The translations under genes were made by a program, and so were the position numbers. 64,000 bases of DNA, from assembly GCF_964213995.1 (NCBI RefSeq), contig NC_135814.1:54808001-54872000 (forward strand), read 5' to 3'. The stretch is from Mustelus asterias (Eukaryota). The notes beneath the pieces were generated by a model. It saw only the letters and a program-made list of their open reading frames with translations. It ran no database searches and was not told the DNA's origin. Within the stretch, counting starts at the first letter, position 1. Every line of letters starts with the position of its first letter. Positions 51,671 to 63,593 of the stretch are shown piece after piece.

Positions 51671-51747
51671 CTGGATGAATAGCTCATGTCAGTTTTATAT
51701 CACCCAAAGTGAACATCACCCTGCTCATCTCTGCCATAGAAAATAAC

Positions 51748-54254
51748 TAACCCTTGTCGGACTACACACTTCAACCAGATGAAATCGAAGTTCTCAATCG
51801 AGGGCTCAATTTTTGCCCCACCACCAAAATAGACCCCATTAGCCTCTCAGCAGACACAGAGGAATTCATCAGGCGAATGAGGCTGTGGGAGTTCTTCCAC
51901 AAACCCCAAGAGGCCAACAGCGAACACAATGAGACAGCCAATGAACCGGAACAGCCAACAGAGAGATCAGCAGTGCATCCGAAGAGGAAAGAGTTGAATT
52001 GGACTCCTCCGGAAGGCCGCTGCCCTCGACTTGACATGTATGCCCAAGCTATCGGGAGGTGTGTCAACACCAAATTCATCAGCCGCACCCACAAGACAGC
52101 CCCGAACATCACCCAAGCACAACGCAATGCCATTGGAGCTCTCAAGACCAACCACAACATTGTCATCAAACCAGCAGTCAAAGGAGGGGCCATCGTCATA
52201 CTGAACAGAACGGATTACTACAAAGAAGTGTACTGACAACTGAACAACAAGGAACACTACAGACAGTTACCCGCAGATCCGACCAAAGAACACACCCGTC
52301 AACTCAACACTCTGATCAAGACCTTTGATCCGGACCTTCAGAGCACCCTCCATGCTCTCATCCCACGTACTCCCCGCATTGGAGATCTCTACTGTCTCCC
52401 GAAGATACACAAGGCAAACACACCCGGCCATCCCATCGTATCGGGCAATGGGACCCTGTGCAAGAACCTCTCCGGCTATGTCGAGGGCATCCTGAAACCC
52501 ATTGTACAAAGAACCCCCAGCTTTTGTCATGACACTACGGACTTCCTACAGAAACTCGGCACACATGGAGCAGTTGAACCAGGAGCACTCCTCGTCACAA
52601 TGGATGTCTCTGCACTCTAGACCAGGATCCCCCATGACGATGGCATTGCTGCAACGGCCTCAGTGCTCAGTGCCGACAACTGCCAGTTTCCAGATGCAAT
52701 TTTACAACTCATCTGCTTCATCCTGGACCACAATGTCTTCACCTTCAACAACCAGTTCTTCATCCAGACACACGGAACAGCCATGGGGACCAAATTCGCA
52801 CCTCAATATGCCAACATCTTCTTGCACAGATTCGAACAAGACTTCTTCACCGCACAGGACCTTCAACCGATGCTATACACTAGATACATCGATGACATTT
52901 TCTTCCTTTGGACTCATGGTGAACAATCACTGAAACAACTCTATGATGACATCAACAAGTTCCATCCCACCGTCAGACTCACCATGGACTACTCTCCGGA
53001 AACGGTTGCATTCTTGGACACACGCATCTCCATTAAGGACGGTCACCTCAGCACCTCACTATACCGCAAGCCCACGATGCTTCACTTCTCCAGCTTCCAC
53101 CCTAAACACGTTAAAGAAACCATCCCCTACGGACAAGCCGTCCGTATACCCAGGATCTGCTCGGATGAGGAGGATCGCAACAGACCCCTCCAGATGCTGA
53201 AAGATGCCCTCATAAGAACAGGATATGGCGCTCGACTCATCAATCGACAGTTCCGACGTGCCACAGCGGAAAACCGCACCGACCTCCTCAGAGGACAAAC
53301 ACGGGACACAGTGGACAGAGTACCCTTCGTCATCCAGTACTTCCCCGGAGCGGAGAAGCTACGCCATCTCCTCCGGAGCCTTCAACATGTCATTGATGAA
53401 GACGAACAACTCGCCAAGGCCAACCCCACACCCCCACTTCTTGCCTTCAAACAACCACACAACCTCAAACAGACCATTGTCCGCAGCAAACTACCCAGCC
53501 TTCAGGAGTACAGTGACCACGACACCACACAACCCTGCCACAGCAACCTCTGCAAGATGTGCCGGATCATCGACATGGATGCCATCATCTCACGTGAGAA
53601 CACCATCTACCAGGTACACGGTACATACTCTTGCAACTCGGCCAACGTTGACTACCTGATACGCTGCAGGAAAGGATGTCCTGAGGCATGGTACATTGGG
53701 GAGACCATGTAGACGCTCCGACAACGGATGAATGAACACCGCTTGACAATCACCAGGCAAGACTGTTCTCTTCCTGTTGGGGAACACTTCAGCGGTCACG
53801 GGCATTCGGCCTCCAATCTTCGCGTAAGCGTTCTCCAAGGCGGCCTTCACGACACACGACAGCGCAGAGTCGCTGAGCAGAGACTGATAGCCAAGTTCCG
53901 CACACATGATGACGGCCTCAACCGGGATCTTGGGTTCATGCCACACTGTCTGTAATCTCCACAGCTTGCCTGGACTTGCAGAATCTCACTGGCTGTCCTG
54001 TCTGGAGATAATACACATCTCTTTAACCTGTGCTTAATGCTCTCTCCACTCACATTGTCTGTACCTTTGAGACTTGATTATCTGTAAAGACTGCATTCCA
54101 ATCATTATTCTGTAAATTAAGTTTGTGTCTCTGTATGCCCTGTTTGTGAGCATTTCTCCAATCCACCTGATGAAGGAGCAGGGCTCCGAAAGCTAGTGGC
54201 ATTTGCTACCAAATAAACCTGTTGGACTTTAACCTGGTGTTGTTAAACTTCTTA
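51748..54254 (+). mobile_element. Penelope-like retroelement (RT + GIY-YIG), 5'-truncated, 13-bp TSD
   Basis: LNRGLNFCP, IVIKP..KGG, GTAMGTKFAPQYANIF, RYIDDIF, FLDT, LYRKPT and the GIY-YIG region YLIRC...WYIGET...RMNEH. Stops at 52234, 52618 and 53710. CATAGAAAATAAC at 51735-51747 and 54255-54267. Confidence 0.95.
54163..54199 (+). ncRNA. Minimal type I hammerhead ribozyme motif in the Penelope terminal repeat
   Basis: CCAC-CUGAUGA-A-GGAGC-agg-GCUCC-GAA-AGCU-A-GUGG: intact core, 5-bp stem II, palindromic AGCU in place of stem III and CCAC/GUGG stem I. Confidence 0.75.
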
Positions 54255-54829
54255 CATAGAAAATAACACCAGGCTGCTTTATCTTCTCCCTCACCTAACC
54301 TCCTGAAACTCTGAACCTGGATCTGTATCATCGACACCCACATGAACCAGAGTGTCCCTTGTTACGATTGGCTGATCTCGAACTGTACACAGACCCCCAC
54401 TTGAGGTTTCACCAACCACCGGTGGGGGTGAATTTGGTCACGACAGTTGTACAAACCAACTGATGATAAATCAGTCGCCTGTTTTACAGATGTCTAGATT
54501 TTCTATCCACTGACTACAATAGGAAAGAGAATGGGACAGACTGTAACCCGGGCTGACAATTCACTCCCACCCCATTTACACAATCATCCCCAAGATCAAG
54601 TTCACCCCAAATATATTTTAATAAAACCCAGCTCTCTGCTGATACAACCAAGATCATCATTCTCCTCTTACTGCAGTATTTCAGCACAATGCTGAGAGGC
54701 TCGGGGTTTACCAAGATTACCCCCAGATCTATTTCTTGATCACTCGATCACAGCACTGTTTAATCCACTGATCGATAATAAACCACACTTAGTTGCTCCC
54801 ACAACACTAAGTTTAATACCATTCAGAAC

Positions 54830-55230
54830 AAAGCAGCCTGCTTAATTGGCAGTTCATTGCACCACTGGTGCATAGTGACAGCAGTGTGTTCTATCTAGAG
54901 AATGCATTGCAACAACTTGCCACAATTCCCTCGACAACATCTTTCAAACCTGCAACCGCTATCACCTACGAGTAGAAGGGCAGCAGACGTATGGGAGCAT
55001 CACCATCTGCAAGTACCCCCTCAAATTACCCACCATCTTGAGTGCGAACAATATCGCTGTTCCTTCACTGTCACTGGTTCAAAACTAGAACGCGTTCCCA
55101 ACAGCAATGTGCGTGTGCCTACACCACATGGACTGCAACAGTTCAAGAAGGTGGCTCATTATCACCTCCTTGGAGAAATAAATGTTAGCCTTGCCAGCAA
55201 TGTACAAATCCCAGGAACAGATTATGAAGA
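54830..55230 (+). mobile_element. 3' fragment of the second CR1/L2-superclade LINE family
   Basis: Homologous to 46768-47057 and 60190-60550. Confidence 0.65.
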
Positions 55231-55311
55231 AAAGATTTATTTTAATATATAATAATCAAATATATTCGAGTGACTGGTTTCTTGAGACTTTTCTATTTTG
55301 TTCCTTGCCAG

Positions 55312-55418
55312 GTTCCATCTGAAAAAATCCCTCGAGCTGGGAAGATTTTACGAAATGCGATACTGTCTCAAGCACCTCATATGATCCGAGATCGGAAATA
55401 CCACTTAAAAACTTACAA
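55312..55418 (+). CDS. RAPGEF4: RAPGEF4 exon (~exon 8): [35 protein letters not shown](K), start of DEP domain
   Basis: ttccttgccag acceptor, AA|gtgagt donor; near-identical to Epac2. Confidence 0.97.
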
Positions 55419-56614
55419 GTGAGTATGGTGCTCATCATTTTGGAAATGAAATCTTTTTCATTCATTTCTGATGAAAGCTGGAAATAAGCAATGCCAATAA
55501 ATTTAAATCTATTGTCAACATGTATGTCAGATGTACTACAGCAACAAGAGTAGAATGATACAAGTTCTCCTTCCCATTCCATGCTCTTTTTTCCCTTCAG
55601 TCACATTGACACAGGGAGCATCTGACTGGGGCTCCCCAGGAGGTGAGAAAAATGAGTGGAGACCTTGTATGTGACTCCTGTTTGAAGGGTGGCATTGCTG
55701 AAATTTGCAAGTGACACCCTACTGCTTGTTTCCTTGACTGCAAAAGGTGAATTGGGAGCCAAATTAGTTGGAAGGAGGGGGAAAATGGAAGAACTATGCA
55801 CATTAAAGAAAAACAAATTGTATATTATTCTTTGAGAGCTCAATTTTCATATTTTTGATGCGGTACTAGCATTTCTAATGCTAAATTTGACTTGGTTTTA
55901 AAGGCTTTTACTTCAATACTTTTGCTGAGTTGAATAGCTTGTAGCTGAGATGACCATTCTCATTTGGCACCATGCAGTAAAGTACCTGAATCTCATTAAT
56001 GGGTTTTGCCTCAGCGGTAATTATTTTATTTGCTGCTAAATGCAGGTTAACTGTGCTAACTTAACCATGTGGAAAGAAGTTTCAATTTATTTGCATATTT
56101 TTGTCATTGCACCAGCATCCGACACAGTGTGCTAGACAAAAGAAAGATTTATACCCGGCCATAGTTGGAGCTGTAGAAAACCTCAGGCTATAATCAGGCA
56201 CTGGAGTGACTTGGGGCAGAGGCTCACTCAGTGGCAGCTTTTGCCTGACCTTCATCTGTGTGACAATTGCTATTGCATTAGAATGGCAACCGGGATTTGC
56301 TCACACATCATGCCCATCTAACTCTGTAACTAGCTCCACTTATACTGCCAAGAGCACCAAGATAAAGGGAAAAAACTGGAAATCTGCCAACTTAAATGTG
56401 GGATAATTGCAAATGAAAAGTTTATGTTGCTTGTGGTTTCCACTCATGGCAACGTTTTAGACTTGAGTTTGTCTGAAACTAAGCTACAGATAAGCGTCCT
56501 CATGCTTGTCAATTATAGCATTTAATTTTAAGGGCTATTTTAATGTAAGGATTTCATTTTTGAATTAGTGTCTTATCTTGGATAACATCTGAAATTATGT
56601 CCTCTTTTATCTAG

Positions 56615-56736
56615 ACAGTGCTGTGTTGGCACAGAATTAGTGGACTGGATGATACAACAGACACCTTGTGTCCATTCCCGTGCACAGGCTGTAGGAATGT
56701 GGCAGGTACTTCTTGAGGAAGGAGTCATGAACCATG
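56615..56736 (+). CDS. RAPGEF4: RAPGEF4 exon (~exon 9): [43 protein letters not shown] domain
   Basis: ttttatctag acceptor, G|gtaaca donor; DEP core motif. Confidence 0.97.
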
Positions 56737-56833
56737 GTAACACAATTATCTGTTTTAATTACTGTGTCATTGATGTACTGTTAATAAATATATTTGGTTG
56801 CTTCACTTGGTTGATTATGGACTTTTATTAGGA

Positions 56834-57150
56834 GGGCAGCATGGTGGCGCAGTGATTAGCACTGCTGCCTCATAGTGCCAGGGACCCGATTCAATTCTGG
56901 CCTTGGGTGACTGTTTGTCTGTGTGGAGTTTACACATTCTCCCTGTGCCTATGTGGGTTTCCTCCGGGTGCTCCAGTTTCCTCTCTCAGTCCAAAGATGT
57001 GCAGGTTATATTGATTGGCCATGCTAAATTGCCCCTTAGTGTCCCAAGATGTGTATGTTAGGTGATTAGCGGGTTGGATATGTGGGGTTGCGGGATGGGT
57101 CTGGGTAGGATGCAGTATTGGAGAGTTGGTGCAGACATGATTCTATGATC
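56834..57150 (+). mobile_element. HE1-type V-SINE in the intron between the DEP exons
   Basis: tggcgcagtgattagcactgctgcc, V-domain and gattctatga tail. Confidence 0.85.
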
Positions 57151-57558
57151 TTATGGAGATGCATACAATACTAAATAGAATACATATGAAATTAGAGCGC
57201 TATTAAGCGATGACTGCAAATCAAGGGGCTAGGTACAAACAGGTAACAGGCATGTTCAAGGTTCGTATGGAGCACTTCGTGTGAATAGTGATTTATACCT
57301 GGAACAATTTTCAGGAGCAACAGAATAATCTCTAATCTTTCAAGAAAGCATTAGTGACTGTGCGGAGTTTGTCATTTTCTGTTGAAGGGTGAATTAGATG
57401 TGATGAAGGATTTTGCTCATCTACATTTATCTTACTGATCTTTGTGATGTTACTGAAAATCTGGTTGCTTAAAACAAATAATTTGTGTTCAGTTTTTTAA
57501 GAATAAATAATGGACTAGAAGACCGATTTTAATTTCTTTTAAATCATTGCTATCCTAG

Positions 57559-57742
57559 TGGACCAAGAGCACAATTTCCAGGACAAGTACCTGTTCTATC
57601 GTTTCCTTGATGACGAACAGGAAGAAGTCCTTGCACCCACAGATGAAGAGAAGAAAGAGTGTGAGGAGGAGCTCCAGGAAACCATGCTTTTCCTTTCTCA
57701 GATTGGGCCAGATGCCCATATGAGAATGATTTTACGAAAACC
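57559..57742 (+). CDS. RAPGEF4: RAPGEF4 exon (~exon 10): (V)[15 protein letters not shown]...[12 protein letters not shown](P)
   Basis: tatcctag acceptor, CC|gtgagt donor; matches ORF 57558..57746. Confidence 0.97.
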
Positions 57743-58441
57743 GTGAGTAAAATCAAATAAATTATGCCAACACATAATAGGTAGGTTAAAATTTAAAATG
57801 GAAATCTATTGCTTAATGTGTGGATGTCTGATTGCAATCTTAGTGTTATTTTGTTTGGGGATGATATATCAACATAAAACTCTAATGATTGTCTCATTTC
57901 CTATTTCACTTTGAGTTTAGTCATTTATCTCCATCAGAATAATCTTACATTTGTTGTAGTACTTGTGCAGATCAAATGTGTTTACTTTGGAAGCTTTGCA
58001 GGAGCCACTATTTTACAACATTATCCATGTTAGACCCTCATAAATGGGTGGACGACAGCGCTAATTTTACCAGGTTCACCACTCATCAGACGTTACATCC
58101 ATTTCAGCTTTTCACCTTTTGCAGTTACATAAATTCAAACAGTGCCTTAGTATTTTGTAAAGCAGGGAATATTCAAAATGTATATTGTAAGTAGTACTAA
58201 ACCTGAGTGAAGTACATATTGATCTGTTTGTGTTTATATAAAAAAAGTATGCATAACTAATGATTTAAACCAAATTGAGCTTTGAGATTGCGATGTGATG
58301 AAAGTCATGTCATGCTTCAAATGGTCTTCAGTTTCTTGAGGCAAAAACAGTAGGAAAGTGTTTCCATTGCCATGTGGTCTAACTAATGTGTTTTTGAATA
58401 AATTTACTTTTTAAGTTGTATTCTTTTTGTCTAATTCACAG

Positions 58442-58526
58442 GCCAGGCCAGAGGACAGCTGATGATTTAGAAATCATATATGAAGAGTTGTTACATATTA
58501 ATGCCTTGTCTAAACTTTCTACCACA
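58442..58526 (+). CDS. RAPGEF4: RAPGEF4 exon (~exon 11): [28 protein letters not shown]
   Basis: aattcacag acceptor, ACA|gtaagc donor. Confidence 0.97.
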
Positions 58527-59679
58527 GTAAGCTCCATTCTTCTGATTTCTGTATATTGTTGTGATCCTAGACTTTACCCCAAAGTTTTTGATAAAATCCA
58601 CTGAGAGATCAAAGTTTAAGATTCAAGACACTTGCCAAGAGATTAAAGCTGCAAGTTTCCATGACCATTTGAAATGCCATAGCGTACAAGGCTCAGTGCT
58701 GGAAAATGGGATTAAAATAGATATTTGTTTGATGACCGGCACAGACACACAGGGTTGAAGGGCCCCTTTTTAAGCAGTAAAACTCTGACTCTATTCCACG
58801 GGTTTTGAACAAACAAAATAAACTTTACTGTACAAGGTCAAAAAGATAAAACCATTTTCAATATCCACCCTGTCCTCTAACATTCAAGGTAACTGAAGTA
58901 TATGAACTAACAGGAAAACTGTCGTCGAACACAACATCCTGTACAAGAAATAGCAAATACAACCAAGACAGATCCCGGTTTCTCAGCAATCCCCCCAGAC
59001 GTCAGTAAACACTTGAGCCAACCAATTCCATTGAAACTCTGTTTCTCTCCTAACGGGCTTCAAATGTTTTACTTTTTGAAGATCAAACCTCCGAATTCCC
59101 ACAAAACTGCTGCAACTCTGACTGCCTCATCAACTGTCCATCTCCTAGGGCTTCAATCTCGCCTCCTGAAACTCTGTTCCCTTGGATTTCCGAGCACTCT
59201 AACCTCTACTGGATGCAGTTTCATCTCTTTAATAGCTGGTTATCTTCACCATGCTAGCGCTGCTCCTGAATTTCACCAAGCTCCAAACTTCCCAGCTATA
59301 CCAAGCTATAAATGGTTCCCATTTCTCTCTGAGCACCAATTTTTCCAACAGGGAGCCAATAATCTGACACTCTCCCACCCCCACCCAGAATTCTCATAGC
59401 CCAGAGCAACACTTCTGGAAGCTGCTAACAGGAGAACCTTTTTTGGTATGGAACTTTCCCCTGCTGTCCAACACTCACTCTCCCAGCACGCACACATAAG
59501 TTGAAACCATAGATATTTTATGAGCTCCACCCATTTCCATGATGATACTGAAGCTTATCTACCCATCGAATGTTAGTAGATATTCATTCATTGTGGGATC
59601 ATGTACACTTTAAACATGAGTGAGAAAAAGTTACTGATTAACCTTGCTGACTTGAAACAAATGCTGGAGAGAAAGGAAA

Positions 59680-60550
59680 TGCAGCACGGCTTGGACAATA
59701 TTCAGGTTTGGGCTGACAAATGGCAAGTAACATTCATGCCACACAAGTGCCAGGTAATGACCACCTCCAGCGAGAGAGGATCTTACCATTGCCCCTTGAC
59801 ATTCAAAGGCATTACTATCACTGAGCACTCCACCATCAGCCTCCTGGGGGTTACCTTTGATCAGAAACGGAACTGACCAGTCATATAAATACTGGGGGGC
59901 TTTTCCCATTCTGCCCGTCACAGAAATTATAGTAGGTGGGACGTAGACCATACAAAGGTCCGTTGATCTCGGGTGGCATTTTCAGATTTTGGGGCGAGCA
60001 CAGCTAGAAAATCCCACCCACTGTGCCTCCAAGAGCAAATAGGTGACTAGGAAAGCTGTAGCAATCTCCTAACTCCCCCACCTGTCCACCATCTAAAGAC
60101 ACAAATCAGGAGTGTGATGGAATACTCCCCATTTGCCTGGATGAGTGCAGTTCCAGCAACAATCCAGAAGCCAGACACCAACCAGGACAAAGTGGCCCAC
60201 TTGATTGGCATCCCATCCACAACTGGTTCACAGTGTGTACCATCTACAAGATATACTGCAGGAATTTGCCAATGCTTCTTAGACAGCACCTTCCAAACCC
60301 ACCTTGAAAACCAAGGGTGGCAAACATATGGAAACACTATTACCTTGAAGTTCCCCTCCAAGCCACTCACCATCCTGACCTAGAAATATAGCGCCGTTCC
60401 TTCATTATCACTGAGTCAAAACCCTGGAACTCTATCCCTAACTGTACTGTGGGTGTACCTACACCACATGGACTGCAGTGGTTCACGAAGGCAGATTCTC
60501 ACCACCTTATCCAGGGCAATAAATGCTGGCCTAGCCAGTGATGCTCACAG
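59680..60550 (+). mobile_element. LINE 3' fragment (second family) interrupted by a ~125-bp MITE at 59895-60020
   Basis: LDNIQVWADKWQVTFMPHKCQ and MEYSPFAW motifs; tail gggcaataaatgctggcctagccag. Confidence 0.75.
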
Positions 60551-61305
60551 GTTGTGTTAGGAGGTATATGCTTGGAATGTGTACCTCTTTAAATATAAAA
60601 GTTTAACGATTGGTTTCAGTTCTATACTTTGTCAACTGGTTGTCTCTTTCTTTCTCATCTTCTCTTCCCTCCTTTTCCTTTTCTGCTCCTGTTAGGGACC
60701 AGATCAGAAACTCCAAGGTATATTACGAAGTTAATCTAAATCCCAACTATTTTTGTTTTATTTTGGTACGAGCATAAGTTGTTTCGCTCTGTGATTCTAT
60801 TGGCCTAATAGAAAGCTTTTATTAAAATAAATTTTATTTAAGAATACAGTTAAAATATAACAAAAAGAATTACCATAACTTCTACCAATTGAAATACTTA
60901 AACATGATAAGGTATAATTCTTAATTGCTAGCTATCTCTATAATTCCAATTTAAGCAATATCCCCACAGACATAAATCCCTCTTTAGAATCAGTTAGCAT
61001 AAAACACATAGGCTCATGTGATTACTAGACTTGCAGCCCTTTAACACCACTGGATAGAGATACAGAAAGACACCACTGACTGCACCCCCCGCTGCCGGGA
61101 AACCCACTGAAGGGGGTGCACTGTCGGTGGGACCAGAAGATCCTGCCGACATGAACAGCCGTAAAATTCAGGCCAACACAAAGTTTACTCATGGATGTTT
61201 TTCAAATTGAAGTATTCAATGTTTTTAAAATCAGCTTAATAAAACTAGCGCTTGACTGCAGTTTGAGTCTTTCAGTGATTTTTTTAAAACTTGGTTTATT
61301 TCTAG

Positions 61306-61366
61306 GTGAAGCGAGAGCTTGCTGGTGTTTTGATATTTGAATCTCATGCCAAAGCAGGAACAGTTT
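61306..61366 (+). CDS. RAPGEF4: RAPGEF4 exon (~exon 12): VKRELAGVLIFESHAKAGTV(L)
   Basis: ttatttctag acceptor, T|gtaagt donor; start of CNBD-B. Confidence 0.97.
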
Positions 61367-61876
61367 GTAAGTATTGAACTAGTCTGAACGGTTTTAAGGG
61401 AGTAAATGTTAGACCTGTATCTGAAAGAAAAGTAAAAAAGACCTCTTAGGCCAAGTTTAAAAAGTTTTGCAAGGAGTTCAGTTGAATATCAATCCGCAAG
61501 ATGTGATGTGAATGTATGGTCTGGTCAGCTAATTGTAAATAAAGAACAAAAAAGTGCTGGAAATATTTCAGTACAGAAGCATCTATGGAGTGAGAAACAG
61601 GGTTAACGTTCCAGGTGGATGACCTTTTGTCATCTAATCCTTTATAAACCTGTTTGAAAAATGACATCAAACCAACATTAATATTGCATACATTTCAAAA
61701 TGTAATTAGTAGAATCAGATAGAGGTGATAAATATGTGAGTGATTAAGCATTGACATATACTGATTCACCATCAGACTGTGTACAGTTAGCATTTTCAGT
61801 ATAGCATGTTAAAAGTGAACTGCCTTGACAGTTTTGTGCAGCTGAAATAGGATGATTGTTGCTTTCATATTTACAG

Positions 61877-61953
61877 TGTTTAATCAAGGAGAAGAGGGCA
61901 CTTCATGGTATATTATCCTCAAGGGCACAGTGAATGTTGTCATCTATGGCAAG
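61877..61953 (+). CDS. RAPGEF4: RAPGEF4 exon (~exon 13): (L)[25 protein letters not shown]
   Basis: atttacag acceptor, AAG|gtacaa donor; cNMP-binding beta-roll. Confidence 0.97.
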
Positions 61954-62376
61954 GTACAACTTTCAATTCATCAACTTTTATAGTGGTTGTGAGGAATCAC
62001 AGACCTACACAATTATGATTCTGGGAATATTGAAACGAGATTAAGTGAGCACTCATCAAGGTCATACAAGTTGTTTCTGGGATGTTATATTTTGAATTTT
62101 GTTATATCTATTAAAACTGAGAAGATGTGTACAATCTTGTTCATGCCCATCTTGTATATAATTAACTGTAGTAGATTTATAATCATTTTAATTCCCTGCA
62201 GCAATTAAAATGTAAATGAACCTCATACTTTCGCATCACGATTTACTAGGTATTTAAGGCACCCTTTCATTAAATATAAAAGGAATTCAGGAAAGAAGTA
62301 TATAATTCTTAGCAGTAACAGTGAAGGTTTGTAAATTGTTTGGCTGAAGTGACTTTAATCTGACCCATTATTGCAG

Positions 62377-62523
62377 GGAGTGGTCTGTACATTACATGAA
62401 GGGGATGATTTTGGGAAGTTGGCTCTGGTGAACAATGCTCCAAGAGCAGCCTCCATAGTGCTTCGTGAAGATAATTGTCATTTTCTACGGGTCGATAAGG
62501 AAGATTTTAACAGAATCCTTCGA
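62377..62523 (+). CDS. RAPGEF4: RAPGEF4 exon (~exon 14): [49 protein letters not shown]
   Basis: ttattgcag acceptor, CGA|gtaaga donor; phosphate-binding cassette of CNBD-B. Confidence 0.98.
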
Positions 62524-63593
62524 GTAAGAGGCTTTCTGATACAAGCATACATTCAGAATCTTGTTGACTGAAAAGTTATTTGTTTTTGTGAAGGCATTTA
62601 CAAGTGTCTCATATGGTATTTGGAAAATGTATTCACATGCTTTGAAAGATTCAGAAAATAATGAACCATGATGTTACATAATTTCAGTAATTAGGTTATT
62701 GTGGATAAAATGCCCCATGTTATTTGAAAGCATTCTTACTGAATACCAAACCTCTGGTTTCAAGAAAGCAAGCGTTTTAATTTTGACATGTGGTTTCTAA
62801 CACAAGAAAGTTTTGTAATGTTTACCCTGAGTATTTTGCAGCAACAGAGTTCATGTTTTGCTCAAAAGAAATCTCCAAGCTTTAAAACAAAATTGTGGTT
62901 TTTGTAATTTTTTAAAGGAATAAAGGGATAGCACGGCTGTTTGGAATCCTGACAATGTTGGGGAGAGATTGATCTGTTCTTTTAAAATACTTTCAATAAC
63001 TCTTTGAAAAATGAACAAAATGTTCAGGCAAGACTGGGTGTACTTTACAGCATCAAGCAGCTGTAATTTTTTTTAAAATTTCGTGAATACAAGAAAATAT
63101 ATACTTAATATGCATTAGTCAGTGGAGAACCTTAATTGAAAGTTAGTGCCAAATAGACTTAAACAAAAAGCAGAAGGAAAATTGATGGCATTTATGATTT
63201 CAATGGAAAAGAAGATTAGATGGTTTCCAATAATGGGCACCCAACCCAGATTACCAGTTTTACGCTCCAGCAGTAAGGTGAGAATTACTACCCTTGTATT
63301 TAGAACCACAGAACTGGCCAGGTATTCATACCAATGTGGGAATCTTGCAAACCTAAAATATATTTCTGACTTGCCTATTACAAATTTTATTGGCATTGTG
63401 GCAAACGCTGGGCAGGATTTTCCAGTCCTTCCCAGCAATGGGATTTTCCAGTCCTGCCGAAGTCAACCACTTGTGGTGGGTTACCCAGCAGCAGGGCAGG
63501 TGAGCCATGGAAAACCCATAGGACACAATCTTATGAAAAAAAATTCTAGGTGCCAAACGAGCGAGAAAACGGGAGAGTTTCAGTGGGCGAGTT

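Larger units (their letters stand above)
16744..62523 (+). other. RAPGEF4: RAPGEF4/Epac2 gene body (partial; ten coding exons, ~mammalian exons 5-14)
   Basis: Exons of 73, 53, 54, 107, 122, 184, 85, 61, 77 and 147 nt all have AG/GT ends and compatible phases. They give one ORF: KYRQYMAG...VPSEK...DEP domain...[15 protein letters not shown]...DFNRILR. The Lys in FGKLAL is Epac2-type (Epac1 has FGQLAL). Confidence 0.97.

Noticed and set aside
52663-53712. 349-aa RT ORF as an active element or telomerase-like gene
   Set aside because: Part of a Penelope ORF broken by at least three stops and a frameshift.
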